Part shown: piece by piece, positions 42,801 to 48,944 of the stretch
Numbering within the stretch: the stretch's first letter is position 1
Layout of the letters: every line of letters begins with the position of its first letter
Source of the DNA: Thermoplasmatota archaeon
Lineage (GTDB): Archaea > Thermoplasmatota > JAKEGO01
NCBI GenBank assembly: GCA_028279595.1
Contig: JANQNK010000006.1
Span: 64,001 to 128,000, forward strand
Length of the DNA: 64,000 nt
Reading direction: 5' to 3'
The notes under the pieces: model-generated
The model's database searches: none
Seen by the model: the letters and a program-made list of their open reading frames with translations, nothing else
Told to the model about the DNA's origin: nothing
Program-made: the position numbers and the translations under genes

Positions 42801-44407
42801 CGACCTGGTCCTACGACTCGCTCGAGCTGAACAACTCCGGCTGGCACTCCATCGAGTGGACCGTCATCGACCGCGTAGGCAACGCGCAGATGATGACCTA
42901 CGAGGTGTACAGGCCAGCGGTCAACTCGTCCGGTGTATGGATGTGGCGTCTGGCAGACGGCGGCATCCTCAACCTGACGACGATCGCGCCGTACTTCCTG
43001 TGGATGCAGGTGGACCTGGTGCTTCCGACCGACTACATCTGGGTGGCGATCGAGCGGTTCTTCGAGAACCCGATCTCCAACGACCCGTGGAACCTGACGA
43101 ACTTCCACTTCATGACGATCGAAGTGGATGACAACGACCTGCTGGTCGGGGCGAACCTCGAGTTCTACTACACGCAGCAACAGCTCCGGAACAACAATCT
43201 GACGGAGGACGACCTGCTCGGACTCGGCTTCTTCAACGAGACGTCCGGAGAATGGGAGCTCTATCCCGACACCGGCGTGCACGACTTCGTGCCGTACAGA
43301 CGCATACCGGGACGTACCCAGATACACGAGTATCAGGGCTACCTGTGGGCCGACATGATCCCGCACTTCTCGCTGATCAGCGGCCTCGGACAGAGCTACA
43401 AGGTCGAGCTACTCGGCAACACTACCCAGACCGCTGACATCTTTGACGACGTGAACGACGAGGGTGCGGACTTCTGGGTGGAGTACACCATCGTCGTGAG
43501 CAACGAGGGAACGGAGAACGACGACTTCAGGCTGAGCGCAACAGGACCTCTCGGCTGGAAGCTCTTCCTCGACGGAGACCGCGACCCGCAGGGCTGGGAC
43601 GACCACGAGACCGACACAACCATCGAGAACCTCGGATGGGGCGAGTCCATCGAGTGGACCCTCACCGCGCACATATACGACACGGACCTGAACGTAGACT
43701 CCTGGCCTCTCAGCGGTGACACCGCCGAGCCGGGTCGGACCTACTACATAGACATCGAGGTCGAGTCGCTGACCGATCCAGGAACGTCGTACGACTCGAT
43801 GGTGATCGACGCTGTGATCCGCAGGCCTGACCTCGGAGTGAACCTCGTGACGTCCACCAATCCGGGCGCATGGATACTGACGAATGCCGAGATCGACCTG
43901 TACGCCTTCGTCCACAACTACGGCAACTGGACGACCTCCGCGAGCTACGACGGTTACATCGACCCATGGGTATGGGACGAGGACGAGTCAAGATGGCTCG
44001 AGGACGTCACCATCGAGGCCGCGACCACCGAGGACATAATCGTGGTCTTCGAGTACGAGTCCGACGCGACCTGGGTGCCGATCGACTACGTGGCTGTCTC
44101 GCACGAGGACATCGGTCCCGGAGACACCGTCGTGGTGGCAGCCCACACCTTCAGGGTGCCGGGCGGATTCGAGGCCGGAGACGATGTGACCATGAGGGCG
44201 AGGATCCTCTACAACGGCGACGAGTACAGGCCGGTGGACGAGTTCGACGAGGAGATCCATCCGAACATCGACGAGGCGAGCCACGAGGTCGTCGGAAGGA
44301 AGCAAGGTTCGACAGGCTTCATGCCAGGCGTCGCAGCGCTGACAATGGCCGCGATCACGATCGCAGCCGTGGTCTACCTCTACAGGAAGAGGGAAGAAGA
44401 GCTGTGA
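27857..44407 (+). CDS. Giant (~5,516 aa) acidic cell-surface glycoprotein: beta-helix head, >30 Ig-like repeats, PGF-CTERM-like anchor
   Basis: Uninterrupted 16.5-kb ORF; GAGGTGA RBS before ATG 27857; signal peptide; D-x-T-A-P-linked repeats of ~100-110 aa; C-terminal GFMPG-TM-RKR. Confidence 0.9.
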   Translation: MQRIVVGASRMLALVIVGVAVLLAISMVATGANYVVDDDSGTWRDYATVGEAITAASDGDTIDVYEGTYNEDLAIAEELTFTGNGTGTIINGDHDITSGSVYFSMINFTNTSPTDYTIVVDASGGNIDVLEWEDCYFVLGGYAGIHLGGDTGTTNTISNVLISNTEFWGPASKAANPFKTGGTFATPGLGVAIDDLDFVENSVVRCSIPILLEDNNVNDVLMDDNTFTGTDGIIYIYGDSSPTGVLSNFVFTNNEIDDTNSYGVAVGYPNGTFSASNLGTGNMVNMNNIDVAGAYGIGGLSNFMGGTLDGSSNWWGATDGPSGYGSGSGTPITDGVMYNPYYTEMVGNVTNTLVIDFTKSRTVNGFTGTIDSISIPTGQTGTIMNSDITLAGGLDIDGTLIISDSTIRVGDTIYVDGMWVFEDSKNTLYAQDIVINATTYWNNSNIVMDCVNDGDYAINVTSTGSLYVNDDTVITANLTNREYNFWVWDGATFEVRDSTISEVGYVGGENPYNLSVYIEADDVVLINNTFENNWWGPVFASGADDGVIYHNRLFGEQFDALDYGSNNDWDYNNWSTYAGSDSDGDHIGDSAFAIGGLSLSTDDHPLMDPIHSWIWVNGSFGSEGPVWYDTINEGYRAVLPGMGIYVYNGTYDEQLTITKDGITLQGRSTTDTIIQPTAAVVAGTYDIEIDVSNVTIFGFLLDFNGATDSRQGNAIVVSDFGGPVARNVMIRDNVIYSGDTSQAIQTGKDADIGGLVIRDNIIYCDWDNLGEGVYINPWNGTGNVTIYMNEIYGYLFSGISIEASNVNAAFNTIDSNTTAGFYGIRVIDLYASPTTKTGIIIDNNTISNCGDGIRLGTTTDEDSDMTVTITSNDIQDCDDGIDVRYGINANSVANWNSIYNNNNYNVNSMGITVLDADFNYWGATDEPTIAATFSDMNDLDYSPWYDATFTTLYYADTADPVTTLTVGTPSTGAGPYYVTDATDLNLSATDGNGTGVDEIYYRIWYNADPWSGWLTYSGDFQLSGECTHHVEFYAEDNIGNTEMVQNETFYVDLTAPTTTETIGSPSSGTWITSSTSISYAATDAGCNGGVGLDEIYYNHWYGGTWDGYVTYSGAITLAGEGTHHILVYADDLLANSETPTNYTYTLDDTAPVTTNTVGTPNSGMYVTSATTFTLGATDTGGVGVATTEYRVYNGATWTGWTTYAAPFTLPGIDGTYFIEFNSTDLVANAESTNNETYIVDDTDPVSVKYVGTPRNGTMGMWVNQSTVFNFTANDTGAGIDEIYYRIWTGGDPWGSWNTYSGNWTFGEDCFHIIEWYAEDLVGNVEATQNQTHYVDSEGPWSYIWVGEPSFRFNVTTSTVFNLTAFDNGCNFGVGGEMIMYRLWHNGSWGSGWMTYSGNFSLSEWGMYIIEWYSYDELGNIDWVFDYNNQTYYVDDSAPGTTIALGTPNYYDGADYWVNDTTTIGFTIDDGTGVGLNATWYRIWYGSDPWSSWTNHTAAGDFMLGLGDGMYHIEFFSTDLIGNNESSTNFTVYVDSVAPSISISDITEQRYDFGNGTRVPSIYLYTPGTATVYYGDDMTAEQLFYINGTASDANSGFQEVTYSTLLGDTPATDTSSPWSATYGAEATDADGTITITAYDNLDQMTQVTVTVTQDTTDPTITDGDWSESSTFLWVDLTNDTTDNSIAYNTNGMTGTYIGTLALDINDDVQLDRGQYSVAVGWIGAPWQFFSGVSTTTNVQYQFNSGDTWNATISVFIYDKVNNYQGQTGVYAIYRDTFDPRVRVTSISESSIYLHSPDTSTLVFGDGMGSEQSFTINGVASDPFSGLANVSFSSYAGDSPSDTAVSPWAAVYGVDNADVAGVINITAYDNMGNTKMINVTTIRDTDAPSISSVLITDLTLGSTTYVADGDDIQVTATITDANQAYMTTSDITADLWMFGGGNGVNPDWYNPTTGEAHWNLSSVTCSVSDGLNTVWVNATDIVAHTATMGSDDITADNSNPIIAVTSITEWPGSAYLYSPDLANIYFGDDMGSEQDFWINGTVSDGGSGIKAITFSSLLGESPANQTSTPWAVMYGAESTDVGGTITITVIDNTDNTAQVTVTVTQDATNPSFDDGDWSDASSNLYVDLTDDTSDNMIYYSQLMAGTDSGTLTFAVSDNVELYELVYDTGVGDDGDDLLSGASATPTVVYGFDSADTFSSTLTMVLTDAVGNSVTDSTTWEIVLDTTAPATAITAITETSPYLWAPDLATLYFGDDMASAQSFDIDGTAVDASSGLDTVTYSTLLGDSPGADTTSPWSATYDATFTDTGGTISITATDMVGNNVVLSVTVTQDTTAPSIDDGDWSESSLYLWVNTTDDTTDNTIYYGDDMTGTEIGTLTLDLSDAIGLQNITYMWGVGHDGNETLTGTSDTISVDYDFESTDTWTGTLTITSWDMVDNVVTDVLTWDIMRDVTAPVVSNVVILDLNYTNPNWTADDRSVQVTATVTGADYMGGGMIQANLTGLGGAVDAAPDNYWFGNNTAIWYVDPTTCDPSNGNVTIDVHAWDYVYNYHMDNDTIRSDNTGPQISSVLITDITDFATDFTSDGHQMLVEVTIVDAFVDQIPVTSITADLTDLGGNVSDNPNTWLPGLGYASWAFSPSLCTPSDGIVTVWVNVTDAANNTADQANDTIRSDNSAPTISSVYIYDQTNGRDDYVKDGDDVQITATITDTWMSFMDTSMIEANLSEIGYGWHVAPDFYNTVTGMTYWNITNVNVTDATSTVTVDARDFIFNFATQQSDDIIGDVTAPTIEMVVITDTTLGLTNYSTDGDDVQITVYVNDTNQADITTSMITADLTGFSLGAAVNPDGYGTGSGMAYWNLTSVSYLAEGTVTVDVDAADPAGNAGTQASGSIIADNTAPTIGSPSITDTTISSTMFVKNGDNAMILAWINDTNMLNITADTTGLDFFGTQWDTPTWRNAVTGKTIWNITGTTCNPSDADITVTWRVYDQAMHLTTVTDTITADNTGPSIAAVYIYDQTLGRDDYAKTGDDIQVTAYVNDTWQAYITASDITADLAGLGGGLFTNPDYYDTVSGLCIWNITPATVTPGIVTVSVDALDDVGNAGAQQTDTIIGDNTAPTIQAVTITDTTLMQTNFTTDGNDIQITAYINDTYQFDITTSMITADLTGFSLGAAVNPDGYGTGSGMAYWNLTAVTCSPSDGTINVDVDAVDPAGNAGTQSSGSIVADNTAVTIEMLEATDTTQSTTLYIVNGENVAVFAYVNETNLMNVTADMTGFGGGMWDAPDFHNTGTGVAWWNITGVSLSPSDGVITVTVTAYDQVYAMTVDTDTIIADNTGPTIEAVTITNNNTGSTQFVTQGINVTVTAFINDTNQVSITTSEITADLTNLGGVLFQNPDMYNTGTGVATWYVNNIATLPFEGLVTITVDAEDFMGSTGIQASGTTTADNGPPSINWTAIEDQTLSSMTWTKDGDTMRLNVTVFDGSLSFMTTADIWADLTVWGLAANTTADTFNNVTGDAEWVFSSVASTPADGVVTTWVYCRDIGGNFANATWVNITADNTDPSISGELITDETSSRTDFITDGDDVSVYAMISDLNFLNTTADMTGFGGGMWDTPTFRNAGTGVTWWNISGISATPTDGMIYVNISAYDSVLNLVVVMETIMVDTTAPVIASVLITDTTVPHTTYVKDGDDVQVTATITDMFQSYMDTSLISADLTGFGLGAAVAPDYYDTMTGMTYWNLTSVTCTPSDGTITVAVDADDFNDNSATQMSDDIVADNTPPVITSVLITDTTISSTSWVVDGHDVQVTANILPTDNLTVTADLTELGGGAAVAPSYYDLGTGDAYWNMTSVTCTPSDGVITVTVDAADFVGHTDSDTDTITSDNTAPTLSITVGSPSFGTLPTYVTDATDFTLTAGDTGSGIATTEYYVDATPWNTYVGAFNVLTEGAHTIYYRTTDNAGWVTSGSLDIFVDLTAPSASGAWSETSIYLFVDVSGTLWFGDAMGGSAMFPVLSGTAADAGSGLASVTFSTEFGDTPTNSGTLAAWSTGGYGIDSTDTDTDSPAQVTITDNVGHTTVLDFAYAEDNTAPMIDDGDFVAGGGHLYVDTTDDTSDNTIYYGDDMTGSELGWLITAISDNIGLASMEFQTAVGHDGNHVFPTAPVGFSPWVNYSFENTDTFSGALNLSVTDVVGNNYYDATTWSIIRDTSAPTIWDGDWSESSSDLYVDTTSEFTDNTIMYGSSMTSTEYGTLTFGFEDNVQLAGATYTVAVGNDGDDTFSGTNVTETVVYGFDSTDTFTGFITVTVTDAVGNSLAVGSEWQITRDVTAPTINTGEWAGPDVGIYIDSGLDKMWFGDSMTSALRVWINGTATDTSAVERVEFTTEPNLASSPSTHWINGTGTVDWYGMYTVDQTSSATTEETATVTVYDIVGNYATANFTYQEDTEAPTYSGVMWVEGANPNAFPLPDSDYLFVDGVDTLWFSDEMPGIEYASIYAQVEDNFLIEKAAYSDEPNLADSPSDEFMYTNSTFLVASRYGFSDTSDDGDGEITVTLTDVVGNFVEFTMDYDWDPIAPQIHDMYWAESSSYLYIDGSDTLWFGDGMFPNVDFADMFGNVSDNVMLDYAEYSEEPTIARSPGDGQAPAIDEIFIFSYDREDIWTEYGFDSSSSNGDRHINVTVYDKVGNYAEGALWFERDVSAPVFANETWMEDSSYLWIDGDGDLWFGDDMMMEETGTVYGEITENAELFMIEFSSEGNLASSPTAIMTMGTTYTFMEDYGFDASSTIGDGMVVVTAYDQVNNTNFIVLDYGTDFRAPNLNNTEWEENNAFMHIDGSGTLWFSNAMQVSQIAYIEGEIWDNLAFGMVTFSDETGSFVEHYLPYMEGMTGEDEFDTEYEFNTTAIDTDSPVTVTLADAVNNTATATLTYSLDATAPMANITSMMNYDVLNDTHAAVTQDLAGWYWTISGVGFDAGSGIDTIELSIDGGAAVTATNGGGWATWSYDSLELNNSGWHSIEWTVIDRVGNAQMMTYEVYRPAVNSSGVWMWRLADGGILNLTTIAPYFLWMQVDLVLPTDYIWVAIERFFENPISNDPWNLTNFHFMTIEVDDNDLLVGANLEFYYTQQQLRNNNLTEDDLLGLGFFNETSGEWELYPDTGVHDFVPYRRIPGRTQIHEYQGYLWADMIPHFSLISGLGQSYKVELLGNTTQTADIFDDVNDEGADFWVEYTIVVSNEGTENDDFRLSATGPLGWKLFLDGDRDPQGWDDHETDTTIENLGWGESIEWTLTAHIYDTDLNVDSWPLSGDTAEPGRTYYIDIEVESLTDPGTSYDSMVIDAVIRRPDLGVNLVTSTNPGAWILTNAEIDLYAFVHNYGNWTTSASYDGYIDPWVWDEDESRWLEDVTIEAATTEDIIVVFEYESDATWVPIDYVAVSHEDIGPGDTVVVAAHTFRVPGGFEAGDDVTMRARILYNGDEYRPVDEFDEEIHPNIDEASHEVVGRKQGSTGFMPGVAALTMAAITIAAVVYLYRKREEEL
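36338..37411 (+). repeat. Near-identical intragenic DNA repeats (~85 nt at 36338 and 37325), part of a ~990-nt super-repeat
   Basis: GCGGACCTGACCGGCTTCAGCCT...GGCATACTGGAACCTGAC occurs twice, with only third-position differences; 37642/38632 is a similar pair. Confidence 0.8.
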
Positions 44408-44437
44408 GGGTCGGTGAAGCACACCCGAACGGAAACC

Positions 44438-44474
44438 GAGGAGGATATCGATCCTCCTCACCCCCCCTTTTTTT
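44438..44474 (+). terminator. Hairpin plus oligo-T terminator of the giant gene
   Basis: GAGGAGGAT-ATCG-ATCCTCCTC, then C7 and T7. Confidence 0.75.
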
Positions 44475-44548
44475 CATTTCAATTTCCTTCTACAGACCAC
44501 TCTGTAAGGATGTAGGTGTTCAACGCTCCCCGGTAGAAATGGTTGGTT

Positions 44549-45070
44549 CTAGGTGTTCTCCATCAGCCAATCAAGCCACCAGATCGGCTCCGTGGTCTCT
44601 CCTGCGACTATACCCTCCACGAGGTCGGCGACCTCATTCTCCGTACGGTCTGTGGTGTCGATCTGCTCCACACGAGAATCATTGTCGAAGGATTCGACGG
44701 CGATGATCGAGAGCGCCTCTGCCCAAACGTTCTCGTCGATCTTCTCCTCTGAATACTCACGCGTGGAAAGCCTTGCCTTCAGCTCGTCCGGCTCGCACCT
44801 CAGACAGATGACGAGGTCGCAGTGGAGCTCGTGGGACCAATGCCCCTCCATGATGACATTTCCAAGCAGGTCCTTCTCCGCTAGAGCATCCTTGAGAGCG
44901 TCGATGTCCACCTCCCAGGAGTCCCTCTCCTCATCGTAGTCAGTTCGGGCACCCGACCTCTGTGCAAGTTCATTGAGGTCAATGATGGAATAGCCCCTTG
45001 ACTCCATGAGTCGTGACGTGGCTGTCTTGCCGGTCCCGGGGGTCCCTGTGAGGGCAATGACGAGCGTCAT
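44549..45070 (-). CDS. Adenylate kinase family protein (AK6/Fap7-like)
   Basis: TGTPGTGKT P-loop, IMEGHWSH, RL..R.YSEEKIDEN. Confidence 0.88.
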   Translation of the reverse strand: MTLVIALTGTPGTGKTATSRLMESRGYSIIDLNELAQRSGARTDYDEERDSWEVDIDALKDALAEKDLLGNVIMEGHWSHELHCDLVICLRCEPDELKARLSTREYSEEKIDENVWAEALSIIAVESFDNDSRVEQIDTTDRTENEVADLVEGIVAGETTEPIWWLDWLMENT

Positions 45071-45110
45071 CGCTCACCGAATGGCCTGGAGTACTAATAA
45101 GAACGTGGGC

Positions 45111-45755
45111 TCACTGCGTTTCCATCTTCGCTCGTTTCTCGAAGAGGGCCTTCATCCGCTTCCTTCTGAAGAAGTCCTCCCTTTCCATCTCCTCGAGGTG
45201 CGACTCGATGGACCGCTCCACCGCCCGGAGCCTCGGGATGAAGACATGCTCGAGGGCGTTGACGCGCCTCTTGGTCTTCTCTATCTCCCGTCCCAGCAAT
45301 CCGATGGACTGCTCGACCTCCGCGAGCGCCACGAGGTCCTCCATCAGGTTCGACATGTCCGCTGCTGCCGTCTCCGTGCTCATGTCCGACGACACGAGCG
45401 AAACAGGTCCCCGTTCGCCGACCTCGCGCTGGACGACCTGCGGGATCCTGATACCCATCACAGAGGTCGCTCTCACGTCCAGTTCGTGCCTGTCGGGCAT
45501 CGAATGGAGGAGGCCGCGTATCTTCGAGTCCCCCATTGACATCCTGGCAGTGGTGACATTGCCGTACACGCCGTCCAATCCGGAAATCAGATCGGTCCGC
45601 ATGCCCTTGCGACGCTCCACAAGGTCGAAGAACTGGACTATGAGGGCGTCGCGCTTCTCGCTGAGGAGTTCGTGCCCCTTCTCTGCCAGTGCGCGCTTCT
45701 TCCTCGTGACGATGAGCTCCATTCGGGTCGGCTTGACCCCTTCGATGACGGCCAT
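45111..45755 (-). CDS. atpD: A/V-type ATP synthase subunit D (stand-alone)
   Basis: KPTRMEL...GHELLSEKRDAL, EIEKTKRRVNALEHVFIP, LEEMEREDFFR. Confidence 0.9.
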   Translation of the reverse strand: MAVIEGVKPTRMELIVTRKKRALAEKGHELLSEKRDALIVQFFDLVERRKGMRTDLISGLDGVYGNVTTARMSMGDSKIRGLLHSMPDRHELDVRATSVMGIRIPQVVQREVGERGPVSLVSSDMSTETAAADMSNLMEDLVALAEVEQSIGLLGREIEKTKRRVNALEHVFIPRLRAVERSIESHLEEMEREDFFRRKRMKALFEKRAKMETQ

Positions 45756-45852
45756 CGGCTCGGAGAGAGTGTTTCTGCTTTAAATATGTAGCCACAGGGT
45801 AGGCTGAATCGATGGGTCCGTGGTCGATGGGTATGTCTACGTGGTCCGATTC

Positions 45853-47577
45853 CTACATTCCCCAGTATGAGGAGTCCTTACGCTTGATCTCGATGATCTT
45901 CTCGAGGGTCTCCTCCTCGTCGTAGCTGAGATCGATCTTCCTCAGCTCCTTGACGTGGTGCTCGGGTATGTCGACGTACAGGACGTCCTCTATCTTGATC
46001 TGACGTCCGCACGTCACACCATCTATGGCAATTGCGACCTCATCGCCTGCGCCGGCCTTTTGCAGAGTCTGATCGCCCGATCGGATGCTTCTGATGAGGC
46101 CCGCTGAACGCCCGTCCTCGCGCATCAGGCGCAATCCCGGTCTCAGGGTGCCTGCGAGGATCCTAACGCCCACTATGGCGGGCTTGCTCAGTCTGAAGAA
46201 ACAGTCCGGCAGCAGCAGCACCTTGGCTGGATATGCTATCGCGATGCGTGAGTCCTCGTCAAGCTGTTTCGTGACGATCTCCTTCCACTCCAGGTAGTCC
46301 TCTATCAGCTTGTAGATGACGTTCCCGTCGATGATCTTGACGCCGGTGCTTTCCGCCGTCTCCACAGCGTCCTGTGTCGTACCGACGTTGAATGAGAGGA
46401 TCACCTTCTCCAGGGGGTCGGGCCGGGCCGATACCTCCATGACGTCGCTCCGTGAGACAGGTCCGATGCATGTCCTGAGGATCGGGACCTCGCTCTCCCT
46501 GCACTCGAACTGGAGCGCCTCGAGGGAGCCCAGTGTGTCGGCCTTGATGGTAACACCCTCCGTTCCGGCTTCGAAGCATGACTCGAAACATAGTTCCTCG
46601 CCCTCGTTACCCTCCACGACCTTTATCGGTGATCCGGCGACGACCGCTCCCAGGTCCGGGGCCAGTACCTTGACTCCCGCGGCCGCGCTGATCTCGTCCG
46701 CCTGAAGGAACTTGTCCCTCGGGTCCCGGATCTCATCGAGCGCTTTCGGCTTCAGGATGGCCTTCACACGGGTGAATACCGGGGTTTCGATACCGCCTAT
46801 GGCGATGTCGTCGCCCTTGCGGAGCATCCCCTTGTAGAGGATGACGTCGATGGTGGTCCCCAGACCCACCTCCTCCTTGACCTCGAGGACGGTACCCTCT
46901 CCTGGGCCGCTGTCCTCCTCGATGGTGTCTCCCAGGAACCTCTGCGACAGTCCGATGAGCATCATGAGCAGGTCTGGAATTCCCTCGCCGTGCTTCGCCG
47001 ACATCGGAATGATGGCGAAGTTCTTGGTGAAGTCCTCGATCCTGTCGAAACGGTCGGCATTGATGTCATGCTCGTAGAGCTTCCCGATGATGTCCAGGAT
47101 GCGCTGCTCTAGGGCAGTTTGAACGAAATCAGGTTGTGAATCGTGGGCAGGCAGGAACGCCCCGCCCTTTCCGCGCCACCCGGAGATACGATCGACCTTG
47201 TTGGCCGCGATCACGAACGGCGTCTTGTGGCGTTTCAGGATCTCGATCGATTCGATGGTCTGTGGCTTGATCCCCTCGACGACGTCGATCATAAGGACCG
47301 CCAGGTCTGCGAGACCGCCTCCTCGCGCACGCATGCTCGTGAACGCGCGGTGTCCTGGAGTATCGATGAAGAGGAGTCCGGGGATGCGGACCTTGTCCTC
47401 GTTGAACATCTTGCCGCAGATGTCCTTGATCGTCTCTATGGGGACCTCCGTCGCACCGATGTGTTGCGTAATAAGACCGGCCTCTCGGGCGGCGACCGAC
47501 GTACCTCTGACATAGTCCAGTAGGGTCGTCTTACCATGGTCCACGTGGCCTAGGACGCTCACTATCGGCTGCCTCAC
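45853..47577 (-). CDS. infB: Translation initiation factor aIF5B (IF-2)
   Basis: RQPIVSVLGHVDHGKTT, ITQHIGA, DTPGH, NKVD. Confidence 0.96.
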   Translation of the reverse strand: MRQPIVSVLGHVDHGKTTLLDYVRGTSVAAREAGLITQHIGATEVPIETIKDICGKMFNEDKVRIPGLLFIDTPGHRAFTSMRARGGGLADLAVLMIDVVEGIKPQTIESIEILKRHKTPFVIAANKVDRISGWRGKGGAFLPAHDSQPDFVQTALEQRILDIIGKLYEHDINADRFDRIEDFTKNFAIIPMSAKHGEGIPDLLMMLIGLSQRFLGDTIEEDSGPGEGTVLEVKEEVGLGTTIDVILYKGMLRKGDDIAIGGIETPVFTRVKAILKPKALDEIRDPRDKFLQADEISAAAGVKVLAPDLGAVVAGSPIKVVEGNEGEELCFESCFEAGTEGVTIKADTLGSLEALQFECRESEVPILRTCIGPVSRSDVMEVSARPDPLEKVILSFNVGTTQDAVETAESTGVKIIDGNVIYKLIEDYLEWKEIVTKQLDEDSRIAIAYPAKVLLLPDCFFRLSKPAIVGVRILAGTLRPGLRLMREDGRSAGLIRSIRSGDQTLQKAGAGDEVAIAIDGVTCGRQIKIEDVLYVDIPEHHVKELRKIDLSYDEEETLEKIIEIKRKDSSYWGM

Positions 47578-47592
47578 GGCCGTGAGATCACC

Positions 47593-48042
47593 TCACTCGT
47601 ATAGCCATTGCCTGTCCGAGGTGTCGTACCCGAGGATCTCGTCGTCGTCGAAGAAGAGGCCCAGTTCCCTGACGGCGAACTCGTCCGAGTCCGACGCGTG
47701 GACGACGTTCCGTCCGATCTCCATCGCCAGGTCGCCCCTGATCGTACCGGGGCTGGCCTCCTTAGGGTCGGTCGCGCCGACGATGTTCCGGACGATGCCG
47801 ACCGCACCGTCCCCCTCGACGGCCATTGCCACCGACGGACCTGACGTGATGTATTCCATCAGGGGTCCGTAGAACGGCTTCTCGCGGTGCATCTCGTAGT
47901 GCGTTCCCGCGAGCTGTTCGTCGATGTGGAGCATCTTCATTCCGGCGATGGTCAGCCCCTTCGATTCGAAGCGGGCGACTATCTCGCCTATCAATCCTCT
48001 CGCGACTCCATCGGGCTTGATCATGACGAAGGTCCGGTCCAT
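47593..48042 (-). CDS. ndk: Nucleoside diphosphate kinase
   Basis: RTFVMIKPDGV, PGTIRGD, NVVHASDS. Confidence 0.96.
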   Translation of the reverse strand: MDRTFVMIKPDGVARGLIGEIVARFESKGLTIAGMKMLHIDEQLAGTHYEMHREKPFYGPLMEYITSGPSVAMAVEGDGAVGIVRNIVGATDPKEASPGTIRGDLAMEIGRNVVHASDSDEFAVRELGLFFDDDEILGYDTSDRQWLYE

Positions 48043-48053
48043 TGGGTTCACGC

Positions 48054-48233
48054 TCACTTCTGGAACTTCTGAGACCAGCGGGTCCTCCTCGGGACGCGCT
48101 TGAGCTCTATGAGGTTCTTGTAGCACTTCTTCGAACAGAAGTTGAACACGGAACCGTCACGCTTCACGAACATCCTGCCGGTGCCTGGCTCTATCTGCCT
48201 TCCGCAGAAGGAACAGCTGTGTGCTTCTGGCAT
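48054..48233 (-). CDS. rpl24e: 50S ribosomal protein L24e (absent from ORF track)
   Basis: MPEAHSCSFCGRQIEPGTGRMFVKRDGSVFNFCSKKC; conserved gene order. Confidence 0.95.
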   Translation of the reverse strand: MPEAHSCSFCGRQIEPGTGRMFVKRDGSVFNFCSKKCYKNLIELKRVPRRTRWSQKFQK

Positions 48234-48239
48234 CCTGGA

Positions 48240-48446
48240 TCACCTCACGTTCAGCTTCTTTGCCTCGCGGGCGGTCTCCCTGAGCATCAGGATGTCACCG
48301 ATGAGCACCGGGCCCGACACGTTCCGAGTGATGATGCGGCCCTTGTCGCGTCCGTCGAGGACGCGCACCTTGACCTGTCTGGCCTCTCCGGCCATCCCCG
48401 TCCTTCCAAGGATCTCGAGGACCTCTGCCGGGAATCCTTCCTCCAT
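48240..48446 (-). CDS. rps28e: 30S ribosomal protein S28e
   Basis: [15 protein letters not shown]...RNVSGPV..GDIL.LRET. Confidence 0.95.
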   Translation of the reverse strand: MEEGFPAEVLEILGRTGMAGEARQVKVRVLDGRDKGRIITRNVSGPVLIGDILMLRETAREAKKLNVR

Positions 48447-48452
48447 CCATCA

Positions 48453-48818
48453 TCACCCTTGCTTCTTCAACTTGTCAACGAGTCCCTCGATGAGGGGCTT
48501 CGCCTTGCCCGGCTTGGTTATCGCGACCGAGGCCGTTGGTACGACCAGGCCGGCTGCCCGTCCGAGCTCGTTCTTGTTCGGGACGTAAGCGAAGGGTATG
48601 CCCTTCTCCTCGCAGAGGAACGGTATGTGCATGAGGACCTCCTCGGGCTGGATGTCGGACGCCATGACGACGAAGACGGCCTGGCCGCGCTCGATCATCT
48701 TGGTGACCTCGTTGGTCCCCTTGTGCAGCTTGCCCGTGTCGCGCGCATGCTCCACGGCCTCGTACACACTGTTCACTAGTTCCTCCGGCATTTCGAACTT
48801 CACATATGCTTTGCTCAT
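48453..48818 (-). CDS. rpl7ae: 50S ribosomal protein L7Ae
   Basis: [32 protein letters not shown]. Confidence 0.96.
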   Translation of the reverse strand: MSKAYVKFEMPEELVNSVYEAVEHARDTGKLHKGTNEVTKMIERGQAVFVVMASDIQPEEVLMHIPFLCEEKGIPFAYVPNKNELGRAAGLVVPTASVAITKPGKAKPLIEGLVDKLKKQG

Positions 48819-48862
48819 TGTTCAACCTCCTTCAAGCCCCAACGGGGGCTTTCATCATTCAC
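48819..48862 (-). promoter_or_regulatory. K-turn/box C/D-like leader in the rpl7ae 5' UTR
   Basis: AUGAUGA-AAGCCCC-CGUU-GGGGCUU-GA immediately before SD GGAGGU; TATA TTTAATA at 48895-48889. Confidence 0.6.
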
Positions 48863-48944
48863 AGGTGGGCGCTCCATCACCCATATCATATTAAAGCGTT
48901 ATGACTGGGGCGAAGCGTCATCAATCCGTCTGGCAGGTCGATGC

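Noticed and set aside
29624-43915. Long antisense ORFs within the giant gene (e.g. 34892-36817, 29624-30943, 32057-33235)
   Set aside because: Shadow frames caused by GAC/ACC/ACG-rich codon bias; V/G/R/H-rich translations with no motifs.
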